Positions 50,567-58,958 of a stretch of 64,000 bases of DNA are shown piece by piece. Each line of letters starts with the position of its first letter. The stretch's first letter is position 1. The translations under genes were made by a program, and so were the position numbers. Origin of the DNA: an uncultured Gemmatimonadales bacterium (lineage in GTDB: Bacteria > Gemmatimonadota > Gemmatimonadetes > Gemmatimonadales > GWC2-71-9); NCBI GenBank assembly GCA_963739455.1, contig CAVUAK010000001.1:2496001-2560000 (forward strand), given 5' to 3'. Below the pieces are notes generated by a model that was not told the origin of the DNA, ran no database searches, and saw nothing but the letters and a program-made list of their open reading frames with translations.

Positions 50567-50698
50567 GCATAACGCGTTGCACATGTGCTGCGGCCGCGGT
50601 GCGCGGCGCCGGCGACGCGACTGAACGAGCTCCTAGCACGGGTGGCGCCGGCGCCGCAGAATCACCCGCGGCCGAAAGCCACCATGTGCTTGTTAGGC
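50567..50698 (-). repeat. attC site
   Basis: GCATAAC...GTTAGGC. Confidence 0.92.
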
Positions 50699-50733
50699 CG
50701 CAACTGCACAAAGAGCTCGCAGGTCCGCAGGCG

Positions 50734-51294
50734 CTATGGCTGATCTATTGGAGCCTGGACAAGTACCCAGTCCTGAGGACCGTCCTTCACTAGACGCCAG
50801 CCATCGAAGCCACCTGGCCGCAAGAGCATTGCTTGTTCTTCCATGAACATTGTGCGGAAGTTGCTCGCCCACGCAATGTCCCGAATGGCGCTTGAGCGGG
50901 AGGCAAGTGCTGCGGTGACGCCGATGCCAATAGCTATGAGGAAGAACATTGCGACCGAGCCCACGCTAATGTCGCTGCCATCACGCCAGATCGTGGAGCC
51001 AACGACGTGCCAGCCAACAACTAGTACGGCGGCCCAAGCCGCAATGTTCTTGAGGCCGTACGTCCACATGAAATGCCAGAAGCGTGTTGGTTGGTAGCGC
51101 TGCATCTGCTCAGCCCGCCGCATGCGGCGCGCCTGCCAACGATAGGAGCGCACAGCGCGCCCGTCGTCACCGATGGACCCGCCGTCCTCGGCATGCTGCG
51201 CGAGGTCGTGGGCAAGTTCTGAGAAGCTTGGCGGGCCATTGAGATAGACCCGACCAAAGAAGCCAAGCTGCTGTGCCGGAGCGCTGCGCATCAT
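50734..51294 (-). CDS. cassette hypothetical 2-TM protein
   Basis: Single ORF between attC sites. Confidence 0.55.
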   Translation of the reverse strand: MMRSAPAQQLGFFGRVYLNGPPSFSELAHDLAQHAEDGGSIGDDGRAVRSYRWQARRMRRAEQMQRYQPTRFWHFMWTYGLKNIAAWAAVLVVGWHVVGSTIWRDGSDISVGSVAMFFLIAIGIGVTAALASRSSAIRDIAWASNFRTMFMEEQAMLLRPGGFDGWRLVKDGPQDWVLVQAPIDQP

Positions 51295-51376
51295 CTATGA
51301 AAGGCAATTCCCGTCATGGAAGACTGCAGCAGGGCTGCGCCTATCTCCGTCTTGTCTTCGCAAGCGGTTGCCTGCG

Positions 51377-51508
51377 GCCTAACGCGTTGCACATGTGCTG
51401 CCGCCGCGGTCGCGGCGCGAGCGCGGCGGCTCAACAGGCTCCTAGCACGGGCCGCGCTCGTGCCGCATCAATACCCGCGGCCGACAGCTCACCATGTGCT
51501 TGTTAGGC
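51377..51508 (-). repeat. attC site
   Basis: GCCTAAC...GTTAGGC. Confidence 0.92.
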
Positions 51509-51742
51509 TGCGCCGGACCGGACGGGGCGCCAGTGCATGGCCAGCTTCCGCCCCTGCGCGGCGCAATCCCGCAGGTACAGGTTAATGAGCGTCTGGTACG
51601 GGATCTCGGTGTCCGTGGCCAAGGCCTTGAAGTAGGCAATGGTGGCCTCATCGAGCCGGATCGTCACCGACCGCTTGAGGCGCTTGGCGTAGACGTTCCG
51701 CCCGCCCTTCGAGAAATCGTATTCCTTCCTCATGATTCCCAC
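51503..51742 (-). CDS. cassette: BrnA-like (CopG/RHH) antitoxin
   Basis: MRKEYDFS, VTIRLD...YFK...IPYQTLINLYL. Confidence 0.85.
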   Translation of the reverse strand: MGIMRKEYDFSKGGRNVYAKRLKRSVTIRLDEATIAYFKALATDTEIPYQTLINLYLRDCAAQGRKLAMHWRPVRSGAA

Positions 51743-52038
51743 CGTGCGCCGTATTGCGTGAGCTCTGAACGGGTTGCTTTACGTGCCGAGATGAGCCGAA
51801 TCGTGTCGTCGCGCTCCCGGTAGACATGGACCACGACCAGGAGCCGGGTCAGTGCACTCAGGCCGAGGAGGATGAACCGCTCCTCGCGAGCCGAGTGATC
51901 TGGATCCTCGATCAGGATCGCCGCCTCGTTGAACCGCTGCGCCATCCACTCGCCGTACTGCGCGGAGTCGCGTGCGATGTACTCGCGAATGGCTTGAACG
52001 TCGTCGAGCGCCTGAGGGGTCCACTCAACCGGGGTCAT
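51730..52038 (-). CDS. chimeric toxin: ParE N-terminus fused in frame to BrnT C-terminus
   Basis: WTPQALDDVQAIREYIARDS (ParE) + DPDHS..EERFILLG....LLVVVH...IRLISARKAT (BrnT). Confidence 0.75.
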   Translation of the reverse strand: MTPVEWTPQALDDVQAIREYIARDSAQYGEWMAQRFNEAAILIEDPDHSAREERFILLGLSALTRLLVVVHVYRERDDTIRLISARKATRSELTQYGARWES

Positions 52039-52218
52039 CCCAGGAGCCGGCGCTTCGCTTCCTCATGGGGAATCAGTCTGGCCGGCGTCGGCCTGGGCCA
52101 AGCCGCGCTCGACTTTGGCAAGGAATAGGAGGCGCTCGATGGCATCCTCGACGGTCGCGTCCGGCGGCAGCTGCCGCACGGCATCGAGGATCTTGTCAGG
52201 GGTGGTCGAAGCTGCCAT
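52035..52218 (-). CDS. ParD-like antitoxin (1-nt insertion near 52077)
   Basis: QLPPDATVEDAIERLLFLAKVERGLAQADAG, then LIPHEEAKRRLLG* in the shifted frame; ATGA overlap with the toxin. Confidence 0.7.
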
Positions 52219-52284
52219 GAACCCTCTCTTGGGGCAGGTTCCAGAATCTATGAGACGCCGCGTGGATCACAAATGCCGGCCGCC

Positions 52285-52327
52285 GCAGATAGAGCGGGGC
52301 CTCGTCAGCTGCATGCGCTAGTTAAGC
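52285..52327 (-). repeat. foreign-family attC half-site (R''-L'' only)
   Basis: Minus strand GCTTAAC TAGCG CATGCAGCTGACG at the ORF stop; no matching L'/R' seen. Confidence 0.6.
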
Positions 52328-52876
52328 CGCAGGGCGGTGGAACCCAGGCGCGCGCGAGCCTGCAAGGCGTTTTAGCACCCAGGCCGCGGTCAGCCAGAGG
52401 ACGACCGCTGCTCCAGCACTGACGAGGGTGATGCGCGCGTCCAAGTCGATGATGCCCAAGCCGACGAGCCCCAGTCCCATGAGGGCAGCGGCAGTGGCGT
52501 AGTATGCCGGTGCCAGTAGCCCACGCGCGAGTGGCACGAAGTGGGCTCCGACGATGAGGGCAACCGCCGACACTGTAAGGTCTCGGTGTCCGGTGCTCGG
52601 GAGCAGCACGCCAGCAACGAAGAAGAGTGCGAGGCCCTCCAACGCGCTCGCCCACGCGACTAGCTTGTCTCGTCGCGCGTGTTCGTTTGCGTCGACGGTA
52701 GCCTCCGGCGTCGCTTGCTGGCGGTGCACCAGGCGCCAGGCGACACCAGCGAGCGCGACTGCGGCAAGAAGCGGCAGGGGGTACACCAGCGCTGGGCTGT
52801 GGTCAGCGATCTGCAGGCCGACGATCCACCAGATGGTGGCGAAGAATCCTAGGATCAACGCGCCAGTGATGCTCAC
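52322..52876 (-). CDS. cassette membrane protein
   Basis: 5-6 TM; ALIVGAHFVPLAR; stop inside R''. Confidence 0.7.
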   Translation of the reverse strand: MSITGALILGFFATIWWIVGLQIADHSPALVYPLPLLAAVALAGVAWRLVHRQQATPEATVDANEHARRDKLVAWASALEGLALFFVAGVLLPSTGHRDLTVSAVALIVGAHFVPLARGLLAPAYYATAAALMGLGLVGLGIIDLDARITLVSAGAAVVLWLTAAWVLKRLAGSRAPGFHRPAA

Positions 52877-52912
52877 GCAATCTCCGACCGTGCAAAGTGA
52901 AGCATGGTTGCG

Positions 52913-53045
52913 GCCTAACGCGTTGCACATGTGCTGCGGCCGCGGTGCGCGGCGCCAGTGACGCGACTGAAAGAGCACCTAGCACAGGCGGCGCTGGCGC
53001 CGCACCAAGGTCCGCGGCCGACAGCTCACCATGTGCTTGTTATGT
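52913..53045 (-). repeat. attC site
   Basis: GCCTAAC...GTTATGT. Confidence 0.92.
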
Positions 53046-53049
53046 GGCG

Positions 53050-53319
53050 CTAAAGTCGCCTCAACAGCTGATCGTACTCCGCATGCGAGCCGATCCAAAA
53101 CCACACCAGGTCCTCGCCCTCACGCACGGCGAGCGCCCGATACCCGAGGCCGACGCGCGCCGAGTAGATCGGACGCTGCGCGTGGACCTGCTTGAACCGC
53201 AAGGCGGGATGACTGGGATCGCGGGCGAATGTTTGATAGGCGAGGCGCGCCTGAGCCCGGACGTGAATAGGCAACGCCGCCAGCGCCTCGCGGAACCGAC
53301 GGGTGGTGCGCGAGGTCAA
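53050..53319 (-). CDS. cassette: RelE/ParE-like toxin
   Basis: DPSHPALRFK, YSARVGLGYRALA, WFWIGSHAEYD. Confidence 0.8.
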   Translation of the reverse strand: MTSRTTRRFREALAALPIHVRAQARLAYQTFARDPSHPALRFKQVHAQRPIYSARVGLGYRALAVREGEDLVWFWIGSHAEYDQLLRRL

Positions 53320-53534
53320 AGCCGGTCGGGATCGAGCGGCTGGGTCTGTCCGCCACGCAATTCTCCGAGGGCTTCATCCGCGAGCTTTGCCAAGGCATCC
53401 GGACGACGACGGAAACTGTCATCCCAGAGCGGCTCGGTGGCGACCTCATCGAGGATCGCGGCCGCGAGCGCATCCTGGGCCTCGGCAGGGAGTTTGGCCG
53501 CTTCGGCGAATGCCTTCTCGAGCAGTTTGGTCAT
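53316..53534 (-). CDS. cassette: antitoxin
   Basis: MTKLLEKAFAEAAKLP..QDALA, WDDSF; overlaps the toxin. Confidence 0.8.
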   Translation of the reverse strand: MTKLLEKAFAEAAKLPAEAQDALAAAILDEVATEPLWDDSFRRRPDALAKLADEALGELRGGQTQPLDPDRL

Positions 53535-53592
53535 GGTAGCCTCCTAGCCCAAATCTAGCCCAGCCCCCACCCGCGACGGAAACCCGATTGCC

Positions 53593-53724
53593 ACATAACG
53601 CGTTGCACATGTGCTGCGGCCGCGGTGCGCGGCGCCAGCGACGCGACTCAACAGGCTGTCAGCACTGGCGGCGCTGGCGCCGCAGAACCGCCCGCGGCCG
53701 CCAGCCACCATGTGCGTGTTATAC
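53593..53724 (-). repeat. attC site
   Basis: ACATAAC...GTTATAC. Confidence 0.92.
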
Positions 53725-53730
53725 CGCACA

Positions 53731-54192
53731 CTAGTCGCAGCCAGCTTGCACCGGAGTGCTACCCAGCACCGTTAGGCTGCCTGGAGCACCGAGCGCCACA
53801 CGCCACCGGTCGATGCCCACAGGATCACAATGCGTGTTGACCGCCTCGATGGTGAGGATCCACCGCTTGTCTTCCCGCACGAGAACCGGGTTGACGAGAT
53901 GGACGCCTCCACCGGTGGTCTCCGTGAGCGGCGCGGTTGCTAGAAGGCGCGACGGTGTATCGGACTCCGTTGGCTCCGCCACCCATTCCACACGGGCCTC
54001 CGAAATAAGGTGCTCAAAGCCACCGGTTTCGATGATGACTCGAAACGAGCCATGCGCTGAATCGTCAACCTGCCAGTAGCCGCCCGAGATGACTGTCTCG
54101 ACATCTAGCGGCACCTGGCCGTCCGTTTGAGCGGCAGCGGTCGATGCGACACACAGCACAGAGGCGACGCTCAACGGAATCCTGCCACGCAA
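53731..54192 (-). CDS. cassette exported hypothetical protein
   Basis: GGAGG RBS, signal peptide AAA-Q. Confidence 0.65.
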   Translation of the reverse strand: MRGRIPLSVASVLCVASTAAAQTDGQVPLDVETVISGGYWQVDDSAHGSFRVIIETGGFEHLISEARVEWVAEPTESDTPSRLLATAPLTETTGGGVHLVNPVLVREDKRWILTIEAVNTHCDPVGIDRWRVALGAPGSLTVLGSTPVQAGCD

Positions 54193-54211
54193 ATGGACCT
54201 CCGTCTGTGCG

Positions 54212-54342
54212 GTATAACGCGTTGCACATGTGCTGCGGCCGCGGTGGCGGCGCGAGCGCGGCGACTGAACAGGCTTCTAGCACAGGCCGCGCTCGTGCCG
54301 CAAGAGTACCCGCGGCCGCCAGCCACCATGTGCTTGTTATGC
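54212..54342 (-). repeat. attC site
   Basis: GTATAAC...GTTATGC. Confidence 0.92.
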
Positions 54343-54359
54343 CGCCCCCATGACCGATC

Positions 54360-54848
54360 CTAGTATATGGCGCCATCGAGGGACGCGCTCTGCGTCCAGC
54401 CCTCCGGGCCACGCACAAACAAATCGAGGGAACTCTGACCGCACTTCGGGCCACAGAGCACCGAGACTTCAATCAGGGCGGAGTCCTGGGCGCCATTGAA
54501 GGCGGCGCGAGACAAGTAGATGCGATTCTGCCCTGCCGCCTTCGGTAGTGCAGCCTCGGTGAGACGCACCTGCTTGCCGGAAACAGCGAATTCAACGGGG
54601 AAACGGGCTCGCTGCTGATTGGAAGCCCAGAAGCTGCCGAGCAGCTCGGCGCTCACGCCATTGTTGCTATGATCGCGACACCATGTCACCGAGTCCGCGC
54701 CGAGGGCGGGGAGACGAGTGAGAGCCGCGACTTCAAGTGACTCCGCGGGCTGCGCGCTGAGCACGTCGCGGGCAAGCGTGAGCTCGGCCGTATCGGGCGC
54801 CGCAGTGCAGGCGGTAACGAACCAGACTAGGACCCATGGTCGCTTCAT
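54360..54848 (-). CDS. cassette lipoprotein
   Basis: Lipobox VTAC; C-terminal CGPKCG. Confidence 0.65.
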   Translation of the reverse strand: MKRPWVLVWFVTACTAAPDTAELTLARDVLSAQPAESLEVAALTRLPALGADSVTWCRDHSNNGVSAELLGSFWASNQQRARFPVEFAVSGKQVRLTEAALPKAAGQNRIYLSRAAFNGAQDSALIEVSVLCGPKCGQSSLDLFVRGPEGWTQSASLDGAIY

Positions 54849-54864
54849 TCGATCTCACTTGGCG

Positions 54865-54994
54865 GCATAACGCGTTGCACATGTGTTGCGGCCGCGGTGG
54901 CGGCGCCAGCGACGCGGCTGAAAGAGCTGGTAGCACGGGCGGCGCTGGCGCCGCAAAACCACCCGCGGCCGACAACACCATGTGCGTGTTATGT
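54865..54994 (-). repeat. attC site
   Basis: GCATAAC...GTTATGT. Confidence 0.92.
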
Positions 54995-55320
54995 TCGCGG
55001 CGCGATCGACCGTGAGATAGCTACGGAACCTGACCGCTCATGCTGCTTGGCTCGCATTTCTGATAGTGACGCTGGAGATGCCAGGAACGGCACCAACGCG
55101 CCGCTACCTACGTCCCGATGCTTGAGCTCTTGCGAGGAACCAGGCAACCAATCATGCCAGCTACCAATGGTGCCAGTGCTCGAGCTCGTTGATGCCTGCG
55201 TTGTCGTGATGGTTGATGGTACTGTGCCGGACGGGACTCCCGCCACTAGAGCCAGACACATAGGACGTTTGTCCTAGGGGTCAGACGTTCAACAGCTGTT
55301 CGCCTTCACGGCCGGCCGCG
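54995..55320 (-). other. cassette without a convincing gene (weak 90-aa ORF 54989-55261)
   Basis: Bounded by attC sites; contains palindromes and direct repeats. Confidence 0.55.
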
Positions 55321-55450
55321 ACATAACGCGTTGCACATGTGCTGCGGCCGCGGTGGCGGCGCGAGCGCGGCGACTCAACAGGCTCTTAGCACAGGCCGCG
55401 CTCGTGCCGCACGAGTACCCGCGGCCGGCAGCACCATGTGCGTGTTATAC
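55321..55450 (-). repeat. attC site
   Basis: ACATAAC...GTTATAC. Confidence 0.92.
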
Positions 55451-55996
55451 GGCACGCCCATCGATCTCCGAGGGCAGAGCCGCGCTGGTACCATCAACGG
55501 CGGACAGTTCCCGATCGATACGCGCGACCAGTCGCTGACGATCGTATTGACTCAACCCGCTCTGCTCCAGCTCCGCGCGCAGTCGACGCAGGTACGGTAC
55601 CCGGCGCCGTTTGTCCTGCACGGTGATGCTGCGGAGTTCAGGGGCGACTTCCTCGCCTGGCTTTCCCCACAGGCCGAAGCGATCAAAGAGCATCCGATCA
55701 ATAGTCGCTGCACTTGTAGTCCTGATGCCCGGACTAACGTTACACTTGCGGCAAGCGGGGAGCGGCGCCACGTACTCCCAGAAGTTCTGAGTAAACCGCG
55801 TCCCGCAGAGCCGGCAGCGCATCCAGCTGGCGTACGAGAGAAGCCATGAACCGCCGAATATCACTCCCCAGCGTGCCACCCCAGCGAGGAATGCACCTTC
55901 CACACCGGGTGCGAGCTGTCGCACTCCTAGGCCACTCGTCACGCCCACGACGAGTGTGAGGCCATAGGTGAGGGCAGAGCGCGCACGGATCGTCAA
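55445..55996 (-). CDS. cassette 2-TM protein with a CxxC pair
   Basis: CRLC...CRKC; stop inside R''. Confidence 0.55.
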   Translation of the reverse strand: MTIRARSALTYGLTLVVGVTSGLGVRQLAPGVEGAFLAGVARWGVIFGGSWLLSYASWMRCRLCGTRFTQNFWEYVAPLPACRKCNVSPGIRTTSAATIDRMLFDRFGLWGKPGEEVAPELRSITVQDKRRRVPYLRRLRAELEQSGLSQYDRQRLVARIDRELSAVDGTSAALPSEIDGRAV

Positions 55997-56030
55997 AGGA
56001 CGCGTAACATCACTCCGGTCTCGTTGTGCC

Positions 56031-56161
56031 GAATAACGCGTTGCACATGTGCTGCGGTCGCGGTGGCGGCGCGAGCGCGGCGGCTCAACAGGCTTCTAGC
56101 ACAGGCCGCGCTCGTGCCGCATCAGTACCCGCGGCCGACAGCCACCATGTGCGTGTTATAC
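56031..56161 (-). repeat. attC site
   Basis: GAATAAC...GTTATAC. Confidence 0.9.
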
Positions 56162-56761
56162 CGCAGCGGCCATCGACGCGAGATGCTGCACTTCTGCGCC
56201 TTCGATAAGCTCTGGTCGCAGCGCGGATACCAGACGCCGCGGGACGTAGGTTGCCGCCCAGAAGGCGGGCAGAGCGACAGGCAAGACACGCAGCGCTTCT
56301 GGCCAGCGCCAAGCGCTCGTCACTTCCGACACCCCTGCGAATGATGCCACTACTGCCAGGGTACCGGGCAAAGCGAGCGCCAATGCCAAGCCCGCCAGCC
56401 ATGTGCGGCTGGGGCGAACCGGCGCGAAGCGTGGCGCGTACTTAACGTAGAGGCAGTAGGCCAGGATGTAGCCTGGAGCTAGTAGCAGGATGACAAAGCC
56501 CGCGAAGTATGCCGAGGTCAGCAGGCATGCGCCGAGAAATCTCAGCTCGAGCAATCCCTGGCCCTGGAGTAGCACTCCGACAGTGCACGCCAGGACGGTC
56601 CACACCAGAAGGCCGGTCAGCGCGGAAAGCGTAGACCACACCAGTGCCGCTCGGATTCGGGGCTCGTGCACCAGGGCCGCCGCGCCCGGTGCCAGACTTC
56701 TAAGCAGCAGCGCGCTCGCTCCGAGTGTCGACGTTACATAGACCCAGAACCAAGCGCCCAT
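56156..56761 (-). CDS. cassette membrane protein
   Basis: TAAGGAG RBS, 5 TM; stop inside R''. Confidence 0.65.
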   Translation of the reverse strand: MGAWFWVYVTSTLGASALLLRSLAPGAAALVHEPRIRAALVWSTLSALTGLLVWTVLACTVGVLLQGQGLLELRFLGACLLTSAYFAGFVILLLAPGYILAYCLYVKYAPRFAPVRPSRTWLAGLALALALPGTLAVVASFAGVSEVTSAWRWPEALRVLPVALPAFWAATYVPRRLVSALRPELIEGAEVQHLASMAAAV

Positions 56762-56778
56762 CGATTCTCCTTACTGCG

Positions 56779-56909
56779 GTATAACGCGTTGCACATGTGC
56801 TGCGGCCGCGGTCGCGGCGCGAGCGCGGCGACTGAACAGGCTTTTAGCACAGGCCGTGCTCGTGCCGCAAGAGTACCCGCGGCTGACAGCCACCATGTGC
56901 TTGTTAGGC
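56779..56909 (-). repeat. attC site
   Basis: GTATAAC...GTTAGGC. Confidence 0.92.
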
Positions 56910-56915
56910 AGCGCC

Positions 56916-57305
56916 CTAGTGGGGCTTTGGTGCCCCATCCATACTCACAGTGAACTCGATACGCTGCTGGACCAGGACGCGCACTGGTGCTCCATCATAG
57001 CTGCTGCGAGAGAAGACAGCCTTCCGCACCAGGTCGCTGGCCGCCCGCGCGTAGCCGGTGTCAGTGGCGGAGATAATTCGCACGGAGCTCGGTTCGACCG
57101 CACCTGACGTATCAATGATATAGGTCAGTACCACCTCAGCCGGCCCACCGCGCCGATAGTTCATTTGAGGCTTGTTCAAGCGAGTCGGTTGCACCGCTAG
57201 TGCTGCGAGCGGAACAACCCGAACGCTGTCTGACTGCGCGCGAAGTGGCATGGCCGCTCCGGCGAGAACCAGAAGCCCGCTCAGGAGACATGGAGTTCTG
57301 ATCAC
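56916..57305 (-). CDS. cassette: TonB C-terminal domain protein
   Basis: V.L.YIIDTSG.VEPSSVRII, F......G.PVRVLVQQRIEF. Confidence 0.75.
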   Translation of the reverse strand: MIRTPCLLSGLLVLAGAAMPLRAQSDSVRVVPLAALAVQPTRLNKPQMNYRRGGPAEVVLTYIIDTSGAVEPSSVRIISATDTGYARAASDLVRKAVFSRSSYDGAPVRVLVQQRIEFTVSMDGAPKPH

Positions 57306-57341
57306 AGTCCTCCCTTAGACAAGTCGCGCCCCTTGCGCGCT

Positions 57342-57472
57342 GCCTAACGCGTTGCACATGTGCTGCGGCCGCGGTGGCGGCGCGAGCGCGGCGACTCAAC
57401 AGGCTTCTAGCACAGGCCGCGCTCGTGCCGCACCAAGGTCCGCGGCCGGCAGCCACCATGTGCTTGTTATGC
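57342..57472 (-). repeat. attC site
   Basis: GCCTAAC...GTTATGC. Confidence 0.92.
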
Positions 57473-57504
57473 GGCAGAGAGCCTGGAGCTCTGAGCACGA
57501 CAAC

Positions 57505-57786
57505 TTAGCGAAACCGATACCCAGAGAGGCGTGCTAGGACGGCCGGGTCCGATCCGCCGTACCGCACGGCGTCGCAGCACGCAACGGCCACCGCCGCGAT
57601 CGCATGCGATAGCTCCTCCTCCGTGGCCGGCTGCCGGTGGAAATAGCAGGTGCCCGCGTGATCGTCGAACGCCATCAGTTCCGGGGCCTCAGCCTCAGGA
57701 GCTAGGCAAGCAATGCACTGATCCTTGAGGACGAAGAACGGGCCTGGGGCGTTGAGTGGCGTGCGCTCGGCTCGATCTTGCTCCAT
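57505..57786 (-). CDS. cassette: ferredoxin-like protein
   Basis: NAPGPFFV..QCIAC.AP..EAP, CYFHRQP, ACCDAVRYGG; GGAGGAG RBS. Confidence 0.75.
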   Translation of the reverse strand: MEQDRAERTPLNAPGPFFVLKDQCIACLAPEAEAPELMAFDDHAGTCYFHRQPATEEELSHAIAAVAVACCDAVRYGGSDPAVLARLSGYRFR

Positions 57787-57803
57787 GTCTCCTCCGTGTT
57801 GCC

Positions 57804-57934
57804 GCATAACGCGTGGCACATGTGCTGCGGCCGCGGTGGCGGCGCGAGCGCGGCGGCTGAAAGAGCGGTCAGCACAGGCCGCGCTCGTGCCGCACCTATA
57901 CCCGCGGCCGCCAGCCACCATGTGCGTGTTATGC
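57804..57934 (-). repeat. attC site
   Basis: GCATAAC...GTTATGC. Confidence 0.92.
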
Positions 57935-57982
57935 AGCAAGTGGACGGCGCTCAGTCGTTTTTGCAACATACAGAGGATGCCG

Positions 57983-58429
57983 TTACGGATCTCTGAGTGC
58001 CCTCTCTACGTACGCGACGATCTCGGCCACCGGAATGGTGAACACCCCCCCTCGCGCCCTCACCCACTCTTGATAGCCGGCCTCGTAGTCCGGTAGACGA
58101 ACGGAAACGGTCGCTAGAGTTGTCAGGCTGGCAAGGAGGGCTGTTCTGGAGATCGGGGCATGAGGCAACTCCGTACTCTCCCCGTCCGGGCGCCGAGGAT
58201 TGTTGATGTGAAGACCATGAACCGCAATATGAACGACCGCGCCAAGGGAGGAGTCAGCCTCTATCCGCAGTATGACGAGCGTTGAAGAGTCTTCGCCAGG
58301 CCGCGTGTGATAGTGCCATTCCTGCCCGGCTGCGAGTGGGGGCGTTAGCGGCTTAATCCCAGCTGACTGAGAGAGCGCCTCCCGAGGGAGCGTCGAGGCC
58401 ATCGCCAACCACAGCACTAGGCTCCGCAA
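57983..58429 (-). CDS. cassette exported hypothetical protein
   Basis: GQEW.Y.TRPGE..S.L.I, H.P, GY.EW...GGVFTI; start approximate. Confidence 0.65.
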   Translation of the reverse strand: MRSLVLWLAMASTLPREALSQSAGIKPLTPPLAAGQEWHYHTRPGEDSSTLVILRIEADSSLGAVVHIAVHGLHINNPRRPDGESTELPHAPISRTALLASLTTLATVSVRLPDYEAGYQEWVRARGGVFTIPVAEIVAYVERALRDP

Positions 58430-58449
58430 TGAGCAGACCTCCGGATGCT

Positions 58450-58580
58450 GCATAACGCGTTGCACATGTGCTGCGGCCGCGGTCGCGGCGCGAGCGCGGC
58501 GACTCAACAGGCTCTCAGCACTGGCCGCGCTCGTGCCGCACCAATACCCGCGGCTGACAGCCACCATGTGCTTGTTAGGC
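58450..58580 (-). repeat. attC site of the first cassette
   Basis: GCATAAC...GTTAGGC. Confidence 0.93.
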
Positions 58581-58829
58581 CGCCGTCCCAGCCAAGCGGT
58601 TGCGGTGGTACCGCCAGGCCATGACCAGTACTGATAGCGTCAGCACGATGCTGACGGCGTCGACCAGTCGACTATCGCCGAGTCGACTCACCTGTGCGGT
58701 GGCAACTGCGGCGGCCAAAAGCAGAAGCACCCGCGCGCGGTCCTTCAGGCCGCGCCGATAATAGATGCCGGCGACCACCGCAAACGTGATCGGAACGATT
58801 GCGAAGGCGGCGATACCGATTAGCTGCAT
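58575..58829 (-). CDS. first cassette: 3-TM small membrane protein (copy 1)
   Basis: GGAGG RBS; identical to 27870-28124. Confidence 0.75.
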   Translation of the reverse strand: MQLIGIAAFAIVPITFAVVAGIYYRRGLKDRARVLLLLAAAVATAQVSRLGDSRLVDAVSIVLTLSVLVMAWRYHRNRLAGTAA

Positions 58830-58851
58830 GGCGCCTCCAAGGTCGTATGCG

Positions 58852-58876
58852 GCCTAACTATCACATGTACTGCGTT
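58852..58876 (-). other. attI site of array 1
   Basis: Minus strand CGCAGTACATGTGATAG/TTAGGC between the intI stop and the first cassette; no attC arm. Confidence 0.75.
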
Positions 58877-58958
58877 TGTTTGTGCCGCACTCAACAGCAG
58901 AAGCGTCTTCGTTACATATCGCTCCCGAACAACGCGAAGCATCTCCCCACCCACATTG

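Noticed and set aside
24539..58567. Recurrent ORFs containing MCNAL, AAARARRLNRL or AAAAHVQRV
   Set aside because: These are translations through the attC repeat, not a protein family; true starts lie after the GTT core.
46870..58580. CRISPR array interpretation of the regular repeats
   Set aside because: Repeats are ~131 bp with RYYYAAC/GTTRRRY ends and are separated by gene-sized units; no cas genes. They are attC sites.
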